Assembly: GCA_958296015.1 (NCBI GenBank)
Contig: CATQIH010000032.1
Location: 85,795 to 149,794 of the forward strand
Length of the DNA stretch: 64,000 bases
Direction: 5' to 3'
DNA from: Cyclobacteriaceae bacterium
GTDB taxonomy: Bacteria > Bacteroidota > Bacteroidia > Cytophagales > Cyclobacteriaceae
Shown here: one piece after another, positions 37,509-46,932 of the stretch
Position numbering within the stretch: the first letter of the stretch is position 1
How the letters are laid out: every line of letters starts with the position of its first letter
Made by a program: the position numbers and the translations under genes
Notes under the pieces: generated by a model
Database searches by the model: none
What the model was told of the DNA's origin: nothing
Seen by the model: only the letters and a program-made list of their open reading frames with translations

Positions 37509-39995
37509 CTATAATTTACTGACATTCCTCTTGCTTTCCGGATTCACCTCCAGTGTAGGATTACCCTGGTAGCGTACCTTGCCTGCACTTTGGGCCTCTA
37601 CGGTAAGTGTCTGACTAGCCGCTACTTGTGCCTGGGATGCTCCGCCTGTTTTGATAATCATGTTTTCTGTAGGTGCGTTCAGTGCATCCAGACGAGAAGC
37701 TCCGCTCATGTTGATGTCTGCCGACTTGACCTGACCGTTGAGCGTAAGCCTGGAAGCTCCGCTGAGATTTTCGCGTAGCGCATCCGTATTGACTGAAACA
37801 GTGGCTCTGGCCGAACCGTTGAGGATAATACTAAAGTCGGGAGAGGAAAAATCTGCTACTTCTGCCTGTGTGGTACCGCCAAATTCTACCGCCTTCAGAG
37901 AAGGCATCACGATAGACAAGCCAATCTGCTCGTTGTTGTCTCTGAATATGTTTTCATCATAGTCTAATGTGAGGGTTTCATCTTTCACATTGACGTTCAC
38001 TTTGCTTGCCAGTGCCTCGTTTCCATGCACATTTACCTGGTATTCCTCTCCTCGTACCACATTCACCTGAAAAGGCCCATGGACGCTGATAGCTTTGAAA
38101 TCTGACACCACATAATCTTTGCTATACTTACCGTCTACCTTCTTTGCAGGTGGGTTCTGTGCAGCTTGCCCGTTGTCAAGTTCCTCATCCATATTTTTTC
38201 GCTTATCGCAGGTGACGCATTCCAGGCCGTTTTGTGTCATCATAAAGATATTGTCCTGCAAATCTGAGTCATCATAACCACTTCTGCGGAGTATGTCATT
38301 GTCGAGTATCTCGGTAAGGTTACGGTCCATCATAAAGGCACGCTGGTAAGGCACATAAAGCACCATATGCAATCGTTGGGCACGAAACTGTGCATCTTCT
38401 TTGAACGTAAATTTTGCCGGAAAAACCAGTACGGAGTCTTTTTGCAACACGTCGTAGCTGATCATCTGTGCATTCTCTGCTGCTTTACTATGGTTACCTC
38501 CCTGAGCTTCAAACTCTTCTCTGAGTTCAAAATAGGCAGAATCATGACCGCGCAGGGTAAGTTCAGGCCGGGAGTAGTCGTTGTCGGCATAGCCGTCCAG
38601 TGTGATGATGGCAGTAGTGTTTCCCAAGTCATATTTTTTGGTGGTATTATACCGGCCATCTTCCTGGAAATCCAGGGCATAGGGCACCACGGTGACGCTT
38701 AGAGCGGCCAAGCATACAAACCATATGCCCAGGGCGGTCCATCCCAGGGTTGGGTTCATCAGGTTGCGTTTAGCCACCACGGCAATACCTGCCAGCAGCA
38801 GGGCCACAGAGGGAATCAGCAAGGCCATATAGCCAAAAGCCAAGCCCCATTCGGGAAAGCTATTGCGGATGACATCCAGCGGAAGATTGGTGGAAATGTT
38901 GGCTGTATCGGCTGAGTAAACACCCAGCAACATGCCGCCTGTGACCAGCAGCAAAAAAACAAAGGCAATGCCCACAACAAAAAGTAGCAAGCCAAAAAGT
39001 ACCCGGGCAGCTTCTCCGATAAATACCATCAAAGGCCCCAGTGCTTTTCCTATGGTATTGAGCACAACGGCAATGAGCCGAAAAGGGAAAAGCAGTACTT
39101 TTAGAAAAGTACTCTCTTCTCCACTCTCACTTACATTAAAGTTTTTTTTTATACTGGACTCAATGTTGGACAAAGTGACCGGCTCACCTTTCATCCGCAT
39201 CTTTTCTGTGAGGGTAAGGGCCTGCGGAGTGATGATCCAAAGCACAATGTAGAGCACCAGACCTGTGCCAAAAAACAGCACGCTCAACACAAACAGCAGA
39301 CGAACCAGGGTACCGTCGGCACCAAAGTAAGCAGCAATTCCACCACACACGCCAGCAATTACCTTGTCATCCGGATTGCGGTAGAACTTCTTGATCTTTT
39401 CATCATCATACAGGGTGGTAGAACCCGGCACCACAATCCACAACACAATGTAGGCAATGGCTATAATACCGCCCATAGAGATGAATATATCTGAGAAGAA
39501 CAACGCGATGAGCAGCAAACGAATCCACAATGGATCAACTTTGAGGTAGTGTGCTATGCCGGCAGCCACCCCACCCAGCACTTTTCGCTGTGTGTCGCGG
39601 TAGAGTTTCTTGTTCCCATCGGCATAGGTTTCTTCGCGGGTTTCCTCCTGCCGCTCATACGTTTTTTCGTAAGCCTTGTCAGAGGCTTTATATGATGTAG
39701 TGGGTTCATCTTCTTCTTCTAGCCCTACCCCTGCGGCAGCAAAATCTTCCACGCTGCCCATTGTTTTCATGACGCCCTCTACATCCTCGTGGGTGATGAC
39801 TTGTTTATAGCTGGTCAGTTTGGCTAGAAAGATTTCGGCAATACGGCCTTCTATATCACTGGTAATCTCTTTGCTGTCTTCGTAAGCAGCAAAGTACCTG
39901 CTGATAGACTCCAGATAGTTTTTTAATAACTCGTAGCCGTCTTCTTCTACGTGGAAAAGAATTCCACTGATGTTGATGCTTATGTTCTTTTTCAT
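37509..39995 (-). CDS. PspC-domain membrane protein with C-terminal DUF2807 (GIN) domain
   Basis: Two LYRD/FYRN...VLGGVAAGIA.Y PspC repeats; GASRL repeats at the C-terminus. Confidence 0.88.
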   Translation of the reverse strand: MKKNISINISGILFHVEEDGYELLKNYLESISRYFAAYEDSKEITSDIEGRIAEIFLAKLTSYKQVITHEDVEGVMKTMGSVEDFAAAGVGLEEEDEPTTSYKASDKAYEKTYERQEETREETYADGNKKLYRDTQRKVLGGVAAGIAHYLKVDPLWIRLLLIALFFSDIFISMGGIIAIAYIVLWIVVPGSTTLYDDEKIKKFYRNPDDKVIAGVCGGIAAYFGADGTLVRLLFVLSVLFFGTGLVLYIVLWIITPQALTLTEKMRMKGEPVTLSNIESSIKKNFNVSESGEESTFLKVLLFPFRLIAVVLNTIGKALGPLMVFIGEAARVLFGLLLFVVGIAFVFLLLVTGGMLLGVYSADTANISTNLPLDVIRNSFPEWGLAFGYMALLIPSVALLLAGIAVVAKRNLMNPTLGWTALGIWFVCLAALSVTVVPYALDFQEDGRYNTTKKYDLGNTTAIITLDGYADNDYSRPELTLRGHDSAYFELREEFEAQGGNHSKAAENAQMISYDVLQKDSVLVFPAKFTFKEDAQFRAQRLHMVLYVPYQRAFMMDRNLTEILDNDILRRSGYDDSDLQDNIFMMTQNGLECVTCDKRKNMDEELDNGQAAQNPPAKKVDGKYSKDYVVSDFKAISVHGPFQVNVVRGEEYQVNVHGNEALASKVNVNVKDETLTLDYDENIFRDNNEQIGLSIVMPSLKAVEFGGTTQAEVADFSSPDFSIILNGSARATVSVNTDALRENLSGASRLTLNGQVKSADINMSGASRLDALNAPTENMIIKTGGASQAQVAASQTLTVEAQSAGKVRYQGNPTLEVNPESKRNVSKL

Positions 39996-40002
39996 GACAG
40001 CG

Positions 40003-40353
40003 TTATTTTTCTTTATGCTCTTTGTAATTGTTCGTAATAATTCGGTTGGTGGAGCCTACCAGACTCTGCCAGGTTTCATCTAACTGTTCCAGGAATTGCT
40101 TTCCTATATCAGTCAGCGTATAGTATTTTCTGGGTGGCCCTGATAAAGACTCTACCCAATGGTAATCTACCAGTCCGGCCTTTCTCAATCGGGTAAGCAA
40201 AGGGTACAGGGTGCCTTCTACCACCATGATCTTTGCCGAGGTAAGCTCTTCTATCATATCCGATGCATATACCTCTCCCCGCGAGATGATATGCAGGATG
40301 CAGTATTCCAGAATTCCTTTCCGCATCTGCACCTGGGTGTTCTCTATCTTCAT
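40003..40353 (-). CDS. PadR-family transcriptional regulator
   Basis: QMRKGILEYCIL, EGTLYPLLTRL, GPPRKYY. Confidence 0.95.
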   Translation of the reverse strand: MKIENTQVQMRKGILEYCILHIISRGEVYASDMIEELTSAKIMVVEGTLYPLLTRLRKAGLVDYHWVESLSGPPRKYYTLTDIGKQFLEQLDETWQSLVGSTNRIITNNYKEHKEK

Positions 40354-40475
40354 GTATCCACATTTTAAAACTGATTGAATGTAAATGTATCACTTAGTAC
40401 TATGTTATACAAGGTATTAGGCTAAAAAGTTACACCGAATAGATAATTTTTTTCAATAAAGGCATAAAAACAGGA

Positions 40476-40509
40476 AAACCAGCCTTATTTTGCATATAAG
40501 CTGGCTTTT
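40476..40509 (-). terminator. hairpin terminator after the rhomboid gene
   Basis: AAAACCAGCCTTAT...ATAAGCTGGCTTTT imperfect stem. Confidence 0.5.
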
Positions 40510-40535
40510 GGGTACTTGGAAATTTTTGACCTGAG

Positions 40536-41162
40536 CTAAAATAACCTGAAGCTGGCTATTTCTTCTATAAAGTGTGGAACAACACCAGGATATACCAAAA
40601 TGGTAAACAAAACCCCAAACAGCGCCCCATACAAGTGTGCGTCGTGGTTGATGCGGTTGCCACTGCCTTTGCTACTCTGATATGAGTAGATCAGGAACAG
40701 TACTCCCAGAATAAAGCCGGGAACAGGCAAAATAGCAAACAGATATATATCATTGGTAGGGGCAAACAAGATGGCACTGAAGATAACAGCAGATACACCT
40801 CCCGAAGCACCCAGCGAGTTGTACCCTGGGTCATGCCGGTGTTTGATATAAGTCTTTACACCGGACAGCACAATGGCCAGCAGATACATCACCACATACA
40901 ACACCAGCCCTACCGTACCATACAGGTAGCCAAAAGTTTGCTCTATGATCGGGCCAAAGAAGTACAGCGTAAACATATTGAAAAACAGGTGCATATAATC
41001 CTGGTGGATAAATCCGGACGTCAGAAAGCGGAAGTATTCTTTGTCCGTATAAATTTTATAAGGATTAAACATCCACTTTTGCAGCACCTCCGGTTTGTTC
41101 CATGCATAAAGGCTGGCAGCCACGGTGACGATGATCAGCACAAGTGTAATAGATAAATTCAT
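40536..41162 (-). CDS. rhomboid intramembrane serine protease
   Basis: HLFFNM, GASG catalytic Ser, HDAHLYG. Confidence 0.93.
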   Translation of the reverse strand: MNLSITLVLIIVTVAASLYAWNKPEVLQKWMFNPYKIYTDKEYFRFLTSGFIHQDYMHLFFNMFTLYFFGPIIEQTFGYLYGTVGLVLYVVMYLLAIVLSGVKTYIKHRHDPGYNSLGASGGVSAVIFSAILFAPTNDIYLFAILPVPGFILGVLFLIYSYQSSKGSGNRINHDAHLYGALFGVLFTILVYPGVVPHFIEEIASFRLF

Positions 41163-41219
41163 AGGTTGAGTTTTGAAAAAGGGTTAAATAATGCACAACG
41201 TTTGCCCGCAGGTACAGAG

Positions 41220-42194
41220 CTATTTCTCCCTGTTAATCAGTTTTTCCATAAAATGTTTGATAGCATTGATCTGAGTTTCCTCAACAGGCAATTGCCTCAG
41301 GCAGGTAAAACCAGCTGTAAAGTACTCATCCATTTTGGCTTCGGTCTGGGCGCGGATATCAAGCTGATCATAAATTGCTTTAACAGCGTTCACTTTCTCT
41401 TGTTTATCAAAGTCCCGCACATTCAACCAGTGCATCAATGCTTCTTTTTGTGCGCCCCTGGCCACTTCCATCGCTTTGATGAGCAAAAAAGTCTTTTTGT
41501 TGGCAATGATATCTCCTCCTACCTGCTTGCCAAATTTGCTTTGTTCTGCATACACATCCAGCAGATCGTCCTTTAGCTGAAAGCCAATCCCTACATTTTC
41601 TCCTACTTCATACAGTTTCTGGCAGGTTTCTGGTGCAGCATCTGCCAGCATACCGCCCAGTTGCAAACTAAAACCCAGTACTACGGCAGTCTTCAGACGT
41701 ATCATCGCCAGGTATTCGCTTTCGGTTACCTGGGGGGTCGTCTCAAAAATCATATCAAATTGTTGCCCTTCACACACTTCTGCCGCGCACTTGTTGAAAG
41801 CCTCCAGCACGGGACGCAGTTTTTCGCTGGGCACATCCAGCAGCAGGTCATAGGCCCGCACCATCATCACATCGCCCGAAAGGATGGCTATGTTTTCATT
41901 CCATTTGTAATGCACACTCGGTTTGCCTCTCCGCAGCGGAGCCTTGTCCATGATATCATCGTGCATCAGGGTGAAGTTGTGAAAAACTTCCACTGCCAGC
42001 GCAGGGTTCAAAGCTTTGCTGACATCCTGCTCACCTTTAAATAGCGCATACGACATCAGTGTGAGCATGGGCCGCAGGCGTTTGCCACCCAAAGACAAGA
42101 TATAACGGATAGGTTCGTATAGCTCAGGGGGATGTTGTCCGAAATCGGTGCGTTGCAAAGCGTCATTAATCAACGCTGTATAATCTTGCTTCAT
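41220..42194 (-). CDS. polyprenyl diphosphate synthase
   Basis: GGKRLRP, HDDIMD, KTA, FQLKDDLLD; start set to ATG 42194. Confidence 0.93.
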   Translation of the reverse strand: MKQDYTALINDALQRTDFGQHPPELYEPIRYILSLGGKRLRPMLTLMSYALFKGEQDVSKALNPALAVEVFHNFTLMHDDIMDKAPLRRGKPSVHYKWNENIAILSGDVMMVRAYDLLLDVPSEKLRPVLEAFNKCAAEVCEGQQFDMIFETTPQVTESEYLAMIRLKTAVVLGFSLQLGGMLADAAPETCQKLYEVGENVGIGFQLKDDLLDVYAEQSKFGKQVGGDIIANKKTFLLIKAMEVARGAQKEALMHWLNVRDFDKQEKVNAVKAIYDQLDIRAQTEAKMDEYFTAGFTCLRQLPVEETQINAIKHFMEKLINREK

Positions 42195-42444
42195 GTATGT
42201 GTAGATACGAAGAGCCATAAAGGCTTGTTATGGTTCCTGCTAAATTAAGCCTCGATTTCACAGCATTAAAGCGTTTCCAGGTAAATAATCGCCGGTATAT
42301 CCAAAAGCTGTCCTAATGAACATGATCTGCCATCAAAGGAATTACACTAAGTGAAAATGGCTATAGCCGTTTTCTGGTTTTTGCCAATCAATGTATTGCA
42401 TTGGCATGGATGGTTGAAGTTACAGACTAAGTGACATGCATAGA

Positions 42445-42551
42445 GGCATTGAAAATTGCTCTACAAGATCAAGAACGTGCTCAATGCCCAGCATGGAATG
42501 CCCAGCATGGAATGCCCAGCATGGAATGCCGGGCATAGATATGCACTCAGA
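42445..42551. repeat. family D repeat copy 1, with a 14 bp tandem (AATGCCCAGCATGG x3)
   Basis: Direct repeat of 43213-43291 and 43415-43469. Confidence 0.85.
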
Positions 42552-42577
42552 CGAGGTACAGTATTAGCTGCATATAA

Positions 42578-42919
42578 TCATTGTTCCTTTATCTGTTCAA
42601 TCAATTCTGTAAGCTCCTTATCAGTGATCGTACTAATATCAGATTTGTCATATATGCTTAACAAGATGAGGTTAATCTGTTCAGAAAGATTTTCAATTAC
42701 ATAAGTTATCACTCTTCCGCCTCCGCTTTTACCTTTCCCTTTGCTCTTGATCGCAATCCTTATTTTGTAGCAACCCCTTCCCAAAGCGGTTCCGCACTTT
42801 GGGTTATCCTGTAATTCCTTGTATAGGCTGCGTAAATCAGTGGCGAGTGAAGGATACTTTTTCGCTAACTTTTTTAATTCTTTTTCAAATCGATGGGTAG
42901 CAGTAATTTTACAACTCAT
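42578..42919 (-). CDS. RelE/HigB-like type II toxin
   Basis: FEKELKKLAKKYPSL...GTALGRGCYKIRIAIKSKGKGKSGGGRVI...LLSIYDKSD. Confidence 0.88.
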   Translation of the reverse strand: MSCKITATHRFEKELKKLAKKYPSLATDLRSLYKELQDNPKCGTALGRGCYKIRIAIKSKGKGKSGGGRVITYVIENLSEQINLILLSIYDKSDISTITDKELTELIEQIKEQ

Positions 42920-43127
42920 CGATTATTTGATCCAATGTTTTCAGTTGTATCTTACCCTTTTTGCAATCCTCTACCTCTTGAAATGCTTCCTGCAAATCTG
43001 ATTTTACTTTCAGAAGCTGCCTTAATTTTTGATTTTCTTTTGTTAAGCGTTTCCAGTCCTCATAGGGTATTTGTACTGCTGTTCGCTTTCCTTTTTTGTC
43101 GGTCAAGTACCTTATATCACTTTCCAT
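42909..43127 (-). CDS. putative antitoxin
   Basis: 72 aa, YLTDKKGKRTAVQIPYEDW, overlaps the toxin start by 11 nt. Confidence 0.78.
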   Translation of the reverse strand: MESDIRYLTDKKGKRTAVQIPYEDWKRLTKENQKLRQLLKVKSDLQEAFQEVEDCKKGKIQLKTLDQIIDEL

Positions 43128-43212
43128 ATCTTTTTTACTTTGAAGATATTTATTTGTTCTAATCTTTCCTAATTCTCTACTTGATTGAAACCAGTATTTA
43201 ATGTAGCGGGAA

Positions 43213-43469
43213 CATTATAAATGCCCTCTAAGATAAAGAACGTGCTCAACGCCCAGCATGGAATGCCGGGCATGGATATGCTCTCAAGCAGATTCTATAT
43301 TAATTTGACTAGGCTAGGTCGCATATTCATGCGACCTTATCTTTTTAGGCATTTTTAATGCCCCGTATGGAATGCCTCCATGCCGGGCATCTCCCACAGT
43401 GGATACTGCATGCAGGGCATTATAAATGCCCTGTAAGATCAAGAACGCATAAATATGCGCTCAAGCAGG
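43213..43469. repeat. family D repeat copies 2 and 3 plus intervening hairpins
   Basis: CATTATAAATGCCCT.TAAGAT.AAGAACG twice; perfect 9 bp stem AGGTCGCAT/ATGCGACCT at 43316-43337. Confidence 0.8.
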
Positions 43470-43499
43470 TTTTGCTAAAATACTTGTTATGTGCAGTCT

Positions 43500-44393
43500 T
43501 TATTTTTTGTCATTGCCAATATATTGCCCTTCACTTACAGTCCTAATCATTTCTGATGAAAAGTCATTATATAGAAGTATTGGTTTAGCTATGTTTTCGG
43601 TAATGCTGACTACTTTGTTGATGTTAAAGTTAGCAATCCATAAAATTCGTTTTTTAACTTTAGCTCTTAATTTTTTGTCACGAATGTTGGATTTCAGTAC
43701 TTTCCATAATGATTGGTATTTTACCAAAAGATTGAACAAATATATGAATGGTAACAACGTTAAACTCAAAACCATTGGTAGAATAAAGGTTTTTAATGTT
43801 TGAATTGAAAGGAAGTTTTCGTGTTGTTTTATTGTCAGATACAAAGAGCAACAAAACACAAATAATGAGAAATATGCAATAAAATATTCCATAAGCTTTT
43901 TTACGGCCTGATGTTTAATATTTCTTTCCGCTAGAACTTGGATTCTTCCTGCCATTGTCATAATTGGAAGGATAATCAATTCAATCCAAAGATTGAATGA
44001 AATAAAGTTTATAATAAATTCTACGATGATAGTCCACTTTAATGTGTCCAAAACAAAGTTTTTAAAATAGTTTATGTCATTTGCTTTGTTAACATTTATT
44101 AATGTTATAAATCCAAGTCCCACAAACCAAAATATTGTATCTTTAAGCAAGGAAAAATCCCACAAGTTTAACTTGTAAAGTAGAAAAACAAAGAAAGCAG
44201 TATTCAGAGTAAGAGCTAAAATTGGAAAAAGTATTTCCTTAGCAAATATTTCCTTAGCAAATAATAGTGTAATTTCTTCCCAAAGTGATTGTCTGATTCC
44301 TTTATTAAATAAAATGACAATCAAAAGGAGAGTTAGCCAAATTAATAATGCCTTTTCTCGGTTTGATATACTTTTTAAAATTTCACTTATCAC
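43500..44393 (-). CDS. hypothetical multi-pass membrane protein, AT-rich
   Basis: 297 aa with about seven hydrophobic segments; visibly lower GC than core genes. Confidence 0.7.
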   Translation of the reverse strand: MISEILKSISNREKALLIWLTLLLIVILFNKGIRQSLWEEITLLFAKEIFAKEILFPILALTLNTAFFVFLLYKLNLWDFSLLKDTIFWFVGLGFITLINVNKANDINYFKNFVLDTLKWTIIVEFIINFISFNLWIELIILPIMTMAGRIQVLAERNIKHQAVKKLMEYFIAYFSLFVFCCSLYLTIKQHENFLSIQTLKTFILPMVLSLTLLPFIYLFNLLVKYQSLWKVLKSNIRDKKLRAKVKKRILWIANFNINKVVSITENIAKPILLYNDFSSEMIRTVSEGQYIGNDKK

Positions 44394-44677
44394 GTTGAGG
44401 GAAGTTTTGCTTTAATGAGAGTTTAGTTAAGGTTATACAAATATCCTTATAAAACCCATTTCATTCATACAATTCTCCAATATAAAGCATCCTCTCCAAT
44501 CCTTTATATATATTAGGCTATATTATTTTTACGTAAACATAAAATGCCGCTTTTTCCTGTAAGTCTTACTTTGGCTTATTTATTACATCTGTAAGGTCTT
44601 GATCGTATTCCAATTTGCTTTATAAACACCATCCTGCACTTTTGGGGAAAAGGATGTTTTACCAAATATCATCAGTC

Positions 44678-45169
44678 ATGAAAAATACCAATAATGTAGT
44701 CTCTATCCAGGCACCTGATAAAGACCTGAAAAGTGCACTCACTAAGTTGCAGGAGGCGCAGGCGATCCTGGCTCCTTACCTGATTGCCCTGACGGCAGAG
44801 GAGCGGAAGACGCTGCCCAAAATGAGCGATAAAACGATTCCTTTTGTAGAAAAAGCGATAGATTATATAGAAAGTAAGCCAGCGCTAAAGCCTGCTTATA
44901 TAGATGTGGAAGAGATGCGCATAGATTTTCAGGCTGCGCAAAAACTAACAAAGGTATTACGTATGGCACAACAGATTTGCAGCAGACTTGATGATACAAT
45001 CATGCTGTCGGGTAGTGAGGCGTATGTGGCTGCCTTGTCTTATTACCATGCTATCAAAGGAGCTTCCAGGGTAAATGTGCCTGATGCTAAACCAGTGTAC
45101 GAAGACCTCAAAAAACGATTCGTCACTACGAGCCGCCGCTCCGATAGCACGATAGATGAAAAGGAATAA
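44678..45169 (+). CDS. hypothetical all-alpha protein
   Basis: LTAEERKTLPKM, LDDTIMLSGSEAYVAALSYY; start set to ATG 44678. Confidence 0.75.
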   Translation: MKNTNNVVSIQAPDKDLKSALTKLQEAQAILAPYLIALTAEERKTLPKMSDKTIPFVEKAIDYIESKPALKPAYIDVEEMRIDFQAAQKLTKVLRMAQQICSRLDDTIMLSGSEAYVAALSYYHAIKGASRVNVPDAKPVYEDLKKRFVTTSRRSDSTIDEKE

Positions 45170-45246
45170 AATCAGGAAGCAACGATAGCATAACAACGCC
45201 CATACATCACCAGAGCTTCTGGTAAACGCATGTACAGACATGTTGT

Positions 45247-45290
45247 AGCTGGCAAGTATAGATATATATCTGTATTTGCCAGCTTTTTTT
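45247..45290 (+). terminator. long-stem rho-independent terminator
   Basis: AGCTGGCAA...TTGCCAGCT stem followed by a T run. Confidence 0.7.
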
Positions 45291-45321
45291 ATGGCTGCTT
45301 ATCTAATGAGGGTATTGCGAC

Positions 45322-45366
45322 AAATACAAACAGCGCAGGGCTTGAAGCCCTGCGCTGTTTGTATTT
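45322..45366. repeat. perfect palindrome, 22 bp arms with a 1 nt loop
   Basis: AAATACAAACAGCGCAGGGCTT-G-AAGCCCTGCGCTGTTTGTATTT. Confidence 0.92.
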
Positions 45367-45477
45367 TACTCCTTATGTACACGTTAACTGCCGACGCGCT
45401 GCGTCATAGTGCTTCGGTAACAAAAACATTTGAAGGCTACTTTAAAGACAAGGTAAGGACTTAAAAAGAAGCAAAGG

Positions 45478-45675
45478 CTCAAAAAAGACGCGAAATCCTG
45501 TATTTGAGGTACCCACCCCCACTTCAAAGACAAGATTTCCTCAAAAAAGACGCGAAATCCTATCATTGAAGTACCCACCCCCACTTCAAAGAGAGGACTT
45601 CCTCAAAAAAGATACAAAATCCTGCCTTTGAAGTACCCACCCCCACTCAAAAGAGGGGATTTCCTCGAAAAAGAC
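45478..45675. repeat. 62 bp tandem repeat x3 (plus partial), each unit an imperfect hairpin
   Basis: Units start at 45478, 45540, 45602 and 45664; invariant loop ACCCACCCCC between ~18 bp arms. Confidence 0.9.
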
Positions 45676-45827
45676 TCCCTAAGCCTGTATTTTATCCCTC
45701 CACTTGAGATAGGAGTGTATAAGCTGGCATATAGCAGTAACAGGGTTATTTAACCTGTTAAAAGGAAACCTGAGTATTGATGCCTGACCGAATCTCTGAA
45801 GAATAATCTTTTAAATATCTTTGCTGC

Positions 45828-46862
45828 ATGAATGATGTGCAACAAGCTTTTTTGCCGGCAGAATGGTTTCCACAGAGTGGCGTACAACTTACCTGGCCCC
45901 ACCAGCAAACAGACTGGTACCCTACCCTGGAAAAAGTGCTGCCCTGTTATGTAGCCATAGCCAAAGAAATAGCAGCACGGCAGCACCTGCTGATCGTCTG
46001 CCACAATGCAGAAGAAGCGCGGCAACAGCTCAAAGGCTGCCAGCTCAGACATGTTACCTTTTGCCAGCTGCCTGCCAACGATACCTGGGCCAGAGATCAT
46101 GGTGGCATCACTTTGATAGAAAACAACCGACCGGTGCTGCTGGATTTTAAGTTCAATGGCTGGGGGCTTAAGTTTCCGGCCAACCACGATAATCTGATCA
46201 CCCAAAGGCTCTACCGGCAGTCTGTTTTTCAAGATAATATCGTTTTCCGCAGTCATCAGCAGTTTGTGCTGGAAGGCGGCGGTATTGAGTCGGATGGGGA
46301 AGGTACGCTGCTCACTACCACCGAATGCCTGCTGTCGCCCAACAGGAACGGACACTTGTCGCAGGCGGAGATTGAGCAATACCTGATCAATACTTTTCAT
46401 CTGAAACGGGTACTCTGGATCAACCACGGCTATCTGGAAGGCGATGATACCGACAGCCATATTGATACACTGGCACGCTTTTGTGATCCGCACACCATTG
46501 CTTATGTGCAATGCACCGATACTGCCGACCCGCACTACGAAGCCCTGGCAGCCATGCAAGCAGAACTTCGGCAACTGACCACTTTGCAGGGAAAACCCTA
46601 CCGCCTGCTTCCACTGCCGATGGCCGATGAAACCCTGGATGAAGAAGGCAACCGGCTACCCGCTACTTATGCCAATTTTCTGATTATCAACGGAGCCGTA
46701 TTGCTTCCGTTCTATGGTTCGCCCAAAGATCAGCAGGCAAAAGAAGTGCTGCAAACGGCCTTTCCAGACCGTGAAATTATCGGTATTCCCTGTGAACCTT
46801 TAATTCAGCAGCACGGTTCTTTGCATTGCATTACCATGCAATATCCGCTGGGTGTATTATAA
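45828..46862 (+). CDS. agmatine deiminase / peptidylarginine deiminase family
   Basis: PAEW, DTWARD, LEGG, GDDTDSHID, GSLHC. Confidence 0.93.
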   Translation: MNDVQQAFLPAEWFPQSGVQLTWPHQQTDWYPTLEKVLPCYVAIAKEIAARQHLLIVCHNAEEARQQLKGCQLRHVTFCQLPANDTWARDHGGITLIENNRPVLLDFKFNGWGLKFPANHDNLITQRLYRQSVFQDNIVFRSHQQFVLEGGGIESDGEGTLLTTTECLLSPNRNGHLSQAEIEQYLINTFHLKRVLWINHGYLEGDDTDSHIDTLARFCDPHTIAYVQCTDTADPHYEALAAMQAELRQLTTLQGKPYRLLPLPMADETLDEEGNRLPATYANFLIINGAVLLPFYGSPKDQQAKEVLQTAFPDREIIGIPCEPLIQQHGSLHCITMQYPLGVL

Positions 46863-46932
46863 AATAGCAAACGATTTATACCCGGTTATTGATGAGAAGT
46901 ACTTTCACTCAACCAAAACAATATAGTATATA

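Noticed and set aside
40396-40418. PadR operator AGTACTATGTTATACAAGGTATT
   Set aside because: Plausible position but the inverted repeat is too imperfect to call.
42483-42536. CRISPR or coding repeat from the 14 bp tandem
   Set aside because: There are no spacers and the period is not a multiple of 3. ORF 42456-42704 is just a translation of the repeat.
42445-43469. Classical integron attC array
   Set aside because: No RYYYAAC/GTTRRRY ends were recognised and no tyrosine recombinase lies nearby.
45478-45675. CRISPR array
   Set aside because: Units are contiguous with no unique spacers, and there are no cas genes in the window.
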